Assembly (NCBI RefSeq): GCF_000150275.1
Contig: NW_002060946.1
Location: 1,693,454-1,757,453, forward strand
DNA length: 64,000 bases
Direction: 5' to 3'
DNA from: Trichoplax adhaerens
Lineage: Eukaryota > Animalia > Placozoa
Part shown: positions 1 to 11,900 of the stretch, piece after piece
How the letters are laid out: each line of letters opens with the position of its first letter
Numbering within the stretch: the stretch's first letter is position 1
Position numbers and translations under genes: made by a program
Notes under the pieces: model-generated
The model's database searches: none
What the model was told of the DNA's origin: nothing
The model's input: the letters and a program-made list of their open reading frames with translations, nothing else

Positions 1-1094
1 CTCAATCTCCCTCTCTCATCCAAGAAATGATTCACTCTCTCCTAATTTACCCTAATTTACTCGTACGTATAATGAAGAGAAAAGTGCGCCGTTCTTGTCA
101 AGGAAGAGAGTTTTATTTCCCATGAGAGAGGGATATTGAGTAGTCGCTGGTAGGCCACTTATTCGTACAAGAAAATTTTCCAACTGATTGAGTCACTGGC
201 GTATTCTGCCAGTGATCGATAGTACTGTATATCGTCATTTGTAGCACTGCAGCCATGTCCATCATTGGCATTGATTCTACCACAGGGAATGCAAGATGGC
301 TCAATAGCAGTCTACTAATGCTCAGTTTACTCCATAAATTTGTTCAACAGTGACAGTTGTCAACAGCGCTAGAAAGTTGGTTTTATTTTCCTATCCAAAC
401 TGCTATCCGCTACTCACTACTACTTTCCAACAAGGCTGCCCATAAAGTACACTCATGCAACTACAGTAAGATGGCGTCAAGGATAAATGCAAACCGCAAT
501 GATTTCAAGACAGCCGCGTCTTGCTTGATTATCTTGTTGAAAAGTGTTGTATCTCGATTTAAATTGAAGACAATTAGTATGATTGGATTGATTCAAATGT
601 TGTAAATTGAAAATAATTTGGCTTGAATGGGAACGATAAATGTAGAAACAGACTACAAGTGATTTTCGATTTTTAGCGGTCTTGATTAAGATAGGGATAT
701 CCAAGGTAGTAGAGTGGGCACAGAAGAAAGATTGATTGCACGAGTAGAGTAGAGAATGATGGCATTCAGTGTCATGATTGGCAAAGACAAGCTTTGCTAA
801 TGAAATGATTCTTCTTGCTCAGATATGTCCGTGTACACTGAAGAATGGCAGACAGTAGCGATAGAACGCTTAGTATCCATCACATAAGGCACCATGGAGA
901 TGATACTAGACATTTGTAAAACAGCAAGACAGTGGTGGCTTGGCTACCAAAGTGAATATTCTTGCTCAGATGTCTCCATTTCATCGATAGCAGTTTTTAC
1001 TCCAGCCAAGCTATACTATTAAGGGGGCGACTCTTCTTTCTCCTATGTATGATGTGTCAGTAAGAAGGGAAGAAATGATCGGATTCCATCTCCA

Positions 1095-1705
1095 GCACGA
1101 CGATGATGTGTAATTTAGTGAAGGGAAGAAGTCATTGGATTGTATCCTAGGTAGGACGATGATGTGCAATTTAGTGAAGGGAAGAAGCCATTGGATTGTA
1201 TCCAAGGTAGGACGATGATGTGCAATTTAGTGAAGGGAAGAAGCCATTGGATTCTTTCCTAACTACGACGATGATGTGTAAGAAAAGAAAAAGTCATCGG
1301 ATTGTATCCTAACTACGACGATGATGTGCAATTTAGTGAAGGGAAGAAGCCATTGGATTGTATCCAAGGTAGGACGATGATGTGCAATTTAGTGAAGGGA
1401 AGAAGCCATTGGATTCTTTCCTAACTACGACGATGATGTGTAAGAAAAGAAAAAGTCATCGGATTGTATCCTAACTACGACGATGATGTAGAAGAAAGGA
1501 AAAAGTCATCGGATTGTATCCCAAGTACGACGATGATGTAGAAGAAAGGAAGAAGCCATCCGATTGCATGGCAAGCACGACCATGACATGTTGGATCGGA
1601 AGAAGCAAACCATCGGATTGCATGGTAGCCACGACCATGACCTGTTGAAATGGAAGAAGGCATCGGATTGCATGGCAAGCAAGACGATGATGACATGTTG
1701 GATTA
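1095..1705. repeat. 50-56 bp minisatellite with a 162-bp higher-order unit
   Basis: GACGATGATGT recurs at 1099, 1155, 1211, 1267, 1317, 1373, 1429, 1479 and 1529, followed by degenerate copies to ~1700. Confidence 0.9.
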
Positions 1706-2002
1706 TCCCCAGCACAACGATCAAGATATTGCAGTAGTCCATGTCGCAAGTGGCCCAAGAGTGTGAGCAAAAGAGAGGATGGCAAAGCGTAAACAGCTGC
1801 AAAATTGTCTCCCACTGCTATTGCGAGTCTGCGTCGAATACAGTAGGAAAACAAGAATAAAAATCATTTACAACAACAAAAGCCAAAGCGGGACAAAAGC
1901 TCTTGTGCCATCTTTTAAGGATTGCTGCAGGCGATAGAGGAGCCTATTGAGAAATCGACCGCAGCGAGAAGATTCTCATTACGAGTAGAAAGCAGAGCGA
2001 CG

Positions 2003-2640
2003 ACAACTGGAAGTCGTTGAATTGATTGATTTAAAAGGGTGGTAAGAGATCGATCGTCGTCGACTATTTTTGGTGGCCTTGTTGGGGTAGAGAGAGGCAG
2101 TGATTGTAGATTGGCCATCATCGCCAAGTGGAGACGACGACAATTCTGGTTATAGCGACGACAAGTTGAAGTCGTTGCTGTGCACAAGATTCAATTGATT
2201 GATTTAAAAGGGTGGTAAGAGATCGATTCTAGTTGTTGTTGACTATTTTCGGTGGCCTTGTTGGAGTAGAGAGAGATTGTAGATTGGCAATCATCATCGC
2301 CTGGTGGAGACGACGACAAGTTGAAGTCGTTGCTGTGCACAAGATTCAATTGATTGATTTAAAAGGGTGGTAAGAGATCGATTCTAGTTGTTGTTGACTA
2401 TTTTCGGTGGCCTTGTTGGAGTAGAGAGAGATTGTAGATTGGCAATCATCATCGCCTGGTGGAGACGACGACAAGTTGAAGTCGTTGCTGTGCACAAGAT
2501 TCAATTGATTGATTTAAAAGGGTGGTAAGAGATCGATTCTAGTTGTTGTTGACTATTTTGGCTGGCCTTGTTGGGGTAGAGAGACAGTCATTGCCGATTG
2601 CCAATTCAATTGATCATCATCGCCAAGTGGAGACGACGAC
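2003..2640. repeat. 155-bp tandem repeat, ~4 copies, just upstream of the CAPS ATG
   Basis: TCAATTGATTGATTTAAAAGGGTGGTAAGAGATCG at 2191, 2346 and 2501, plus a variant copy at ~2018. Confidence 0.9.
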
Positions 2641-2976
2641 AAATCTTGTTATTGCTGTTGCTATTACGACGATCAGGTGGGGGAGTTAATAAACTAGCCA
2701 GTGGTAAGCTAACTAAGCATCATCGTGGACAGCATTAGGGCAGGTTGAGAGAGAGAGAGAGAAGATTACAGCCATTGACTTATCGACCCTCCTCGGCTGG
2801 AGGAGACAATCCCCATTGGGATAGTGTAGCGACAACAAGTTTGAAAGACAAAATTGCAATCGATTGATCAAAGCATTGGAGAGAAAGAATTGATTAACCG
2901 ACTCCATCCTTGTCAATCTTCTCTCAGCGCTGGTGACGAGTTGATCTCAAGCTAGGTCAGAAAAGAAGTGGTTAGC

Positions 2977-5900
2977 ATGCAAGTGCCATCATCATCCGAT
3001 GAAGATTCCGAACCTGGCGAATTGAGCGATAATGGCAGCCAACATTCGACGAGTGGTGGGCCAGGATCAGTAGGTTCAGCATCGCTTGCACCTAATAATG
3101 CTCGCCGAGTATCGTCGACGCCATCCGTTTCTAGTTTAGGAGGCCAATTGACGGCTGGCAGTAATGGCAGTCGTCGACAATCCATCAATAATGGCGGCGG
3201 CAATACGCCTGGCAGTAGTAGTACATCGGCTAGCATGGCTGCTGCTGCAGTTGCTGTTGTCGGCACCATGCCAGGCGTTTCCCCACCCGATTTATCCATT
3301 ACATCAGCTAATGAAGATGAAGAGAAACGCAAAGAATTATTACAAATGTATGTTTTTGTTTTACGCTGTATTGCTTATCCTTTTAATTCTACCCATCCTT
3401 CGGATATTCCACGCCGCTATATTAAAGTCACTCGAACCAATTTAGAAACTATTCGTCAACGATTTCGATCCTTTCTTAATGGCGATACACAAATTGTCGC
3501 TGATGAAGCATTCATTTTATCCGTCGAATCCTACTGTGATATCTTTCTCTCTAGTGATCGTATCACTAATTTAGTTAAAAGTGGCGGTTGTTCATCGCAT
3601 GATTTACGCGAATTATTTCGTAATTCCATCGAGAAACGCGTTCGCTGTTTACCTGATGTAGAAGGAGTATCACGAGAGACGGTGATTAGCTCTTGGTTGG
3701 CTAAGTACGATGCAATTTATCGTGGCGATGAAGATCCTCGCCGTTCTAATGCTCGAATCAATGCAGCCAACATGGATCTCTACCTGTCCAAAGATCATTT
3801 ATACGATTTATTCCAAGGCATCTTGGATGTACCCAAATACGAGCATCAAATTTTATATAACGCTTGCCAGGTAAGATGGCGCTGCTAATCCATCTAACTT
3901 GATACCATTCTTTTGCTTCATTTCTTCCCTTCATCCAATTCTATTTCTTCTTCTTTGCTCTCTCTCTCTCTCGCTGTCTTTTTTTCTTTTTGGGGGGGAA
4001 TACATTGCCAAACACAGTGTACACAATCCATGTCCAATGGTCCATATCGGTTAGCTTTTGACATGGACTGGAAATCATGAATTTGTTGTTGCTTTCCATT
4101 CTACAGTCCAGTCCAGTAGTTGGACGATCTCATATCTTGCAATACCACAACGTTGCTAACTTTCCATGGTTGTTGGACTATCCAAGAGATAGTCCAACAA
4201 CGTATCCCTTCGACATAACATGGACGTAGTCTTGCTGTTCATTTCGAGCGTTGTTTGACATAACAAAACTTACTGTTTACTTTCCATCCTTCTTCAACCT
4301 ACTTCAACCATGCTAAACCTGCTAACAAAACCGATGTTCTCTTTTCCTTCAACATCACATCAACATCTGTAGTAGTTTGCGATTGCTTTCTCTCCTTATT
4401 AGACTATCCAAACTACTGCAATAGGACAGTATTGCTATCGTATCCTATCCAAAAGACTTTGAGCAGTAGTTTACTTTTTTTATCCTTGCTCCACTATCCA
4501 TTGTGTCGCTATGGACCAAATGGACTTGATCGCCTTTTCCCTTTTTACACTAGGATCAACATCAAAATAACCCAACTCTACGCGTTGGGTTTATTTTGCA
4601 CTTTCTTTCTTGGATCATGATTGATGGAATCCGTCATCAACGACTGGATTGTCTGCTTAATTCATGGCGTTTCTTTTGCAACAAGGTCGATGTTGGCCTT
4701 TCTTCCTACGTCCATCCAGCAATAAATGGCAGCATAGCACTGTCATCAAGCGATATTGCTTGGCTTTTGCCTTTTTTGACATCCTGTAGTCATGTAGGAC
4801 GATGAACTAATAACCATAAGCTATACAGTAGACTGTAGAAAGGATCTTTTTCCACCACTTGCAGTGGATTCCTTGCTGACAAGATAGCGTTGACCTTCCA
4901 TCCTTGAAAGTAATGTCCAGCAAAAGGAGACAAGGTGCCCTTCTTCTTCTGCTAGGGAGAATAGACAACCATACAAACTATGGCTCTTCTTTCATAATCC
5001 ATCTCCTTCATCTTCTCGCTAATACTAACAAGGCGATGATTGTACTGGATGCTAGAATGAGCCAAGGCTCAATCCTGTCCATTCCATACTTTCATCATCA
5101 CTTTGCCACTTTTTCCTTCTCCATCCAGCTTTTCCTCGACACACCTAATCATAACTAGCCTATAAAATAATAATAACCATCATCAACAAGTCATTATCCA
5201 AAATGGCTAGCATCCTCCATCCTATCAAGTGGGCTAACATACGTTGATAGAGGGGCAAAGGGAAAAATATCCACCATCAAATGGTTGAACAACTGCAATC
5301 TCAACGGACAGGAGTGGCAAAAAAACACACAAGCCTCTAATCCCAGTAGAATTGATCGACTTTGTCTTGCTAATCAAGGATGAAAGCGACAATGGATGCA
5401 AGTTGGCCAAGCAGTGATTGTATTCGTCTTGATCGTCTCCTTGATTTTTAATGAAGGATAACGAAGAGAAATGATGACACAGATTTAGCCCAGGGTGGTT
5501 TAGCTAGCACAGGCGATCATCTCATTCAATGTGTAGTTATCCTTTCTACCCTTTTTCTCTTGCAAATTGACGATGGCGATTCCTCTTTCTTTTGAGCAGG
5601 ACGACATGATATTCAATCGCCATCATGATTGAATAGAATGTTGACTGCAGCATTTCCTTTACCAACCCGTCTTGATCTTGTTGCCATGGATGGACTAATA
5701 GTGGAGTAAACAGTCCACCATTTTCACTCTCCCTCTGCTTAAAATGAATCTCATAACTACAATCTCTACGCGTGTTGGATCATTTCCTTCAGCGACCGCT
5801 TGATGTTCAACTTGAATCTATGTGGAGTTGGTCAGTCCACTTGTCCTCTTTTCTCCTTGTTAATTTTGCCCTTTTTAGGCCTAAAAAGGGCAAAAAAAAC

Positions 5901-8900
5901 TTTCATCCCTGTCTGTCAATAAATCACGACGGAGGAATCGATGTCCATTACATCATTTCCTTCAACGCCAGTTTAGTCATGAATCCGTTCATCAATGAAT
6001 TGCAAAAATTGCAATCCCTCTTCTCCTGGCCATGCTTCCCTTTTTAGGAGAAAGGAGAAAAGTTTTCCCTTGCCCCAATGAATCTGCTTGATGAATAGAA
6101 TATTCATGGCATGATTTTCTTCACCAACAGCCTCACCATTCTATTGATCGACTGATATTTCCAGTATACTGGATGCATTTTCCCCTTGCCCTTTTCATCC
6201 TAGCTTGTACTACTTGTATCAAAAACAGCCTTTCTTTTTGCCCGATATCCATTCGATCATGTCCTTCATAGAGAGCTCAAACTTGATTCAATCCATCGAC
6301 TGATGGTGGAGTTTTTAGTCCATTTGCGCCCCTTTTTATCCCAGTAAGAATACTTGTAGTACTTTGAATAATGTATCAAAAAAATTCTCCCCCTCCCCAA
6401 CTGAATCATTATCCATTCGACAACAGAATATCGATTGAATCCCTCTCTTCACAAATTAGCGAATAAAATGTTGTCGAAACTTTAGACTCCAGACCTTTTC
6501 ATCACCTTGCCAAAGATTATCAAATCAATCCTATTGCCAATTGGAGAAGCAATCCAGGTGTCGAATCCTGAGCTTTTCCTTTCTCTTCTTTTTGTCAATC
6601 TTTTAAGAATAACCTTCTCTCCCATTGACTGGCCAACTACATTATTTTTACTCCATTGAATCAATCAATCCATAATGTGCTCTAACCTTGTCCAAAAAGT
6701 AAATCTACTGTCCATTCTACAAGACTTTTCAAGACAATCCAATTCTTACTATGGAGTGGATCTAGATAACTCGATGGTTGATTTTGTGAAATTAACCTCC
6801 TAAAAGGAGTCAAAACTAACTACACCAACGGAGTAATTGACAATAATTCTCCAATTAATGTCCAACTCAATGTTATTTTGCCCTTCAATGGATAGCAGAT
6901 TGATCTTTCTCTTCATCAGGCTAGAAAGTCTTCGTCTAGCCTGTGCCCAACCACTGTACAAATCCTACAATTCTGTTCTTCATGTACATCATTAGGTTAT
7001 CCAGTCCATCCTAGATGATTGTACAATCGTCAATGCTAACTACACCAACGGAGTAATTGACAATAATTCTCCAATTAATGTCCAACTCAATGTTATTTTG
7101 CCCTTCAATGGATAGCAGATTGATCTTTCTCTTCATCAGGCTAGAAAGTCTTCGTCTAGCCTGTGCCCAACCACTGTAGAATGCGCTACAATTCTGTTCT
7201 TCATGTACATCTTTAGGTTATCCAGTCCATCCTAGATGATTGTAGAATGCCCCCAAATTATACTATCGCCTACCGATTGGAGCTATTCTCTTAGAAAGCT
7301 GTACGAGATCGTTATAGGTCAATCCGAGGATATGCCATTTCATTTTCCAACAGAATATCCATTAAAATAATAATGATTTACATAGGACTGTTGCAAGAGC
7401 GACAACTTATTGTTGTCCATAAATTGATGCACTCCAATAGCATTTTCAAGACAATATGATTGAATTATCCATCTTACCCTCTTGGTTTTCCATCACGTTC
7501 AATCTAATATTGGAAAATGTCTACTCTAGCTCATTTTTCAACAGGGCATTCAAGCGATAATTTGCACAAGACTTTGCTAACGGCTATACCTCCATTTTGT
7601 GAGTTAATTGATCCACTCTAAATGAGCAGGATACAGACACGATATCAACAATCTTTACCCTCTCCATTTCTATCATGGTCAATGGATGCCTTTCAAATGG
7701 CCGCTGTTGCAACTCCATGATAGAGTAGCCTTTCATTTTTCACAGGTATCCATGAAAGTAATGATAATTCGTATAGGACTATTCTCCAAGGACTATACCC
7801 TAACTTTGGGGGTTAGATTGATCAAAGTTGAAATAATTGATCAACAACTTAAGCAGTTACTTTACAAGAGGATTTGACCATGACACCATTTGCAAATGTA
7901 CTCTATTTCCTCTACAAGACAAAAATGCAAAATGATCCCCCCAAAGTAGTCCAAAGAAATCTCACAACAGTTGCATTTCTCTTGATGATGGAATGAATTT
8001 TTGTTTTTTATTTGAATGCCTATCATTCTTCGATGGGACTAGATCATCGCTACGTGCATAGGGAAGAATTTCCATCGAAATCAATCACATCGATGGGGAT
8101 ATCCACACCTTTTGAATACATTATTTACAATACTATATTCTAATATTGCTATCATTGATTTTGCAATAGCTGGATAATTCCGATGAGCAAGCTGCCCAGA
8201 TACGCCGTGAATTAGATGCCTTAAGACATGCTATAGAAAACAACTCGTTGGTAAGTCATAAACTTGTTGGATTTTACTCTATCTATCTTGAATTAGTTCA
8301 TGCATGACCCAGTGGCTATCGTACATTAAATACTTTTCCTTCCTCAACCCCGTTCCATTTTAAAAATAGTAAAGAAGCAACTTATTATCGATCATCGTGA
8401 CAACGATTTAGTATTGAGCACAGCATGCTAGTTGTGTCTATCCTAGTCAATTCGATTGGGAAACGGAATAGCATGGCAAACAGTCGAATCCATAGCCTAT
8501 TACCAATCGCAATGACAACGATTTAGTAAAGCGTAAAATAGAATACAACCGCCTATCCTAATCCAATGGATTGAGAAAGGGAATAGCAAACAATCTATTT
8601 AATAACGTATTGCCAATGGCGATAATTACCATTTATTTAGCATAGAGTAAATCAGAAAACTTGCGTTTATCCTAGTCGAATAGATTGGGAAAGAAATAGC
8701 AAACAATTTATTCAATAGCGTATTGCCAGTCACGATAATTACTATTTATTTAGTATAGAGTAAATCAGAGAACTTGCGTCTATCCTAGTCAAATAGATTG
8801 GGAAAAGGAATAGCAAACAATTTATTCAATAGCTTATTGCCAATCGCGATAACTACTATTTATTTAGCACAGAGTAAATCACAACACTTGTGTCCACTCT

Positions 8901-11900
8901 AGTCGAATAGATTGGGAAAAGGAATAGCAAACAATTTATTCTATAGCCTATTGCTAATCGCGATAGTAACTATTTATTTAGCACAGAGTAAAACAGAACA
9001 CTTGCGTCTATCCCAATCGAATAGATTGAGAAAAGGAATAGCAAACAATTTATTCAATAGCTTATTGCCAGTCACGATAATTACTATTTGTTTAGTATAG
9101 AGTAAATCAGAAAATTTGCGTCTATCCTAGTCGAATAGATTGGGAAAAGGAATAGCAAACAATTTATGCTATAGCGTATTGTCCATCGCGATAATAAGTA
9201 TTTATTTAGTATAGAAAACTTGCGTCTATCCTAGTCGAATAGGTTGGGAAATAGAATAAAACTAAAATTCTGTTAATCGCTATGACAACGATTTAGTCTA
9301 CAGTAAAACCAACATTTAACTCGCACGTTGAGAAAGGGAAGAAATTGTTAACGGTCTAAGAGTAACTTATTACCCAGCTTGATGATAGCCATTTATTAGT
9401 ACAGTATTACAAATACAAGTTAATTGCTAAAGAGAAGAAATCGACTAGCCTTTGTCCAACAGTAGTCTAATAATGAATTAAAAAAAATGCATTCAAAATA
9501 ATAAACAACCCATAAATAGGGTATTGCCAAGCGCAATAAGAACGATTCTGTAATATAACGAATGCCTGCATGTTGTCATGATTCAACATCAGAAGCATCT
9601 TCTCCTGGTCCAACACTTTGGGAAAATGGACTAAAATAGGGTTAACACGATCATGATTTAGTAATATCATATATGCTTATTGTCATGATTCACTATCAGA
9701 AAAATCCTATCCTGGTCCAACACCTTGCGAAAATGGAATAAGATAGGGTTAACACGATCATATCATTTAGTAATATAACAAATGCTCGCATATTGTCATG
9801 ATTCAACATAAAAAAAACCTATCCTATAGGTCCAACACCTTGGGAAAGCAGAATAGAATAGTAATACAACAAATGCTCGCATGTTGTCATGATTCAACAT
9901 CAGAAAAACCTATCCTATAGGTCCAACACCTTAGGAAAGCAGAATAGTAATACAACAAATGCTCGCATGTTGTCATGATTCAACATCAGAAAAACCTATC
10001 CTATAGGTCCAACACCTTGGGAAAGCAGAATAGAATAGTAATACAACAAATGCTCGCATGTTATCATGATTCAACGTCAGAAAAACCTATCCTATAGGCC
10101 CAACACCTTGGGAAAGCAGAATAAAATAGGGTTAACACAATCATATGATTTAGTAATATAACAAATGCCAGCATGTTATCATGATTCAACATCAGAAAAA
10201 CCTATCCTATAGGCCCCTACACCTTGGGAAAGTGAAATAAATAGGGTGAACACCATTATGTTAACCATATTTAAAAAGGATTTTATAGCATATCAATCAC
10301 AATTGTTCTAACTCACTAATCTGTTACGCGTCTACTCAATTTATTAGCCACAACTTGAATTTACCAAAAATGAAATGAAATTACGCTATAAAGAGGAGCG
10401 ATGGAATGCCTACAAGCAATTAAAGGAAAACTTGGAGAAATTACCGCTATCCAAAGTTAACCCTGATCATAAACCTAAAAAAGGGTAAGTCAACAAAAAA
10501 AAGGAATATTACGTTTGACTATTCCATGTCCAGATCTTATCGTTTGCTTTCATGGGTAAACGCGTATCTTTATTCAACTTGTGAGGAAGCTCTCTGTTAT
10601 CCATCATCATAATAATTATGCCTGGGTTTGGTTCTACTCTTTTTTCAATGAATAATGGATCGATAGCGAACAATAACTAATTACTATTATATACTTCTTA
10701 CTAAATAACTCAAGTCATTACTTTACAATATCAACTTTTCTAGCTATTCTAAAGATAATAATGTTTATTCCAAGTTATTTTTAACAGTAATTAGATCCCA
10801 TAATGACTTGGTAGCACCGCGCAATTTATCAATAGCACTGATGATTATTGACATTAGCAGCGGTGATGTAAAAAAAATGAACTAAAATTATTCATCGACT
10901 GTTTTATCTTTCAGTACTTTATCTCACCAATTGGTTAGCAGTCATTTGACAGTAAACAGTGAATACATTGTTGATCAATATTACAGCTATCTTTCCATTA
11001 TCAAATTCTAATCCTAATACGTTTTTTAACTAGGAGCATCAATTATTTATTTTTACAATTCTGCCCCTTCAATTGGCTATAATAATATCTTACAAATAGT
11101 TAATAACAATATCTATTAGCGTAGACTAGTACAGTAATAGATTATCTAAAGCTTTATCATTAATGGTAAATCATTAAGCAAATTAATTGGCCTAACTGCA
11201 GAGATCACTAATTAGAATTGAGTGATTTTATGAAGCCTTTCTGTGTTGATGCCCTATGACACGCGTAGTAATCATTCTTTATATCAATTACTTACTCTAT
11301 AGTGCAAGCTATTCCTCAATTGATCTTCTACACTAGAATCATGTTTCCACATCAGCAAATATCTTGTCTCTCAGCCTTACTAAAAACACTCATTTTTTTT
11401 TATCTCTATTAATCAATATTTTATGACTTTTCAATATCGCTACACTGGTACAACATCCCCCGTACATGACTCTACTTGCTTATACTACGTTGTGCTTTAA
11501 TGTTGACCAATTTCCAATTTTAGCCCAATCTATAATAGAGGCTACCACCAGTATACTACTTACAGATACATGCCGATAATTTTTAAGAATAATGGCGAAG
11601 AATATCGCCTAATATGGACTAGGCTATCTTAAACTTTTACCATCACTAATAGCATACCAGTAGAATAAAGCCATGATAAATGATTCTATTAATTCTATTT
11701 TAGAACAGTTAACCAATTAAATAATGATGCCTTGTAAATGAATCTTACCTACACGTATTTCTGCTTACAAACAGGGGTCATATAATTAATGCTTCAATGT
11801 TGATGAATGAAGACAGCGAATCAACTCTCACTAAATCTGATACTGCATTAACATTTACCTTAGAGGTAAGCTCTTATCTATGCTAAATACCTGTATATTA

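Noticed and set aside
1095-1705. CRISPR-like appearance of regularly spaced short repeats
   Set aside because: The sequences between repeats are themselves repeated, there are no unique spacers or cas genes, and the context is eukaryotic.
1471-2187. Minus-strand ORFs of 73-127 aa over the repeat arrays
   Set aside because: By-products of tandem repeats; several overlapping frames and no recognisable domain.
2952-3445. Antisense and alternative-frame ORFs over CAPS exon 1
   Set aside because: Shadow ORFs of a GC-richer coding exon.
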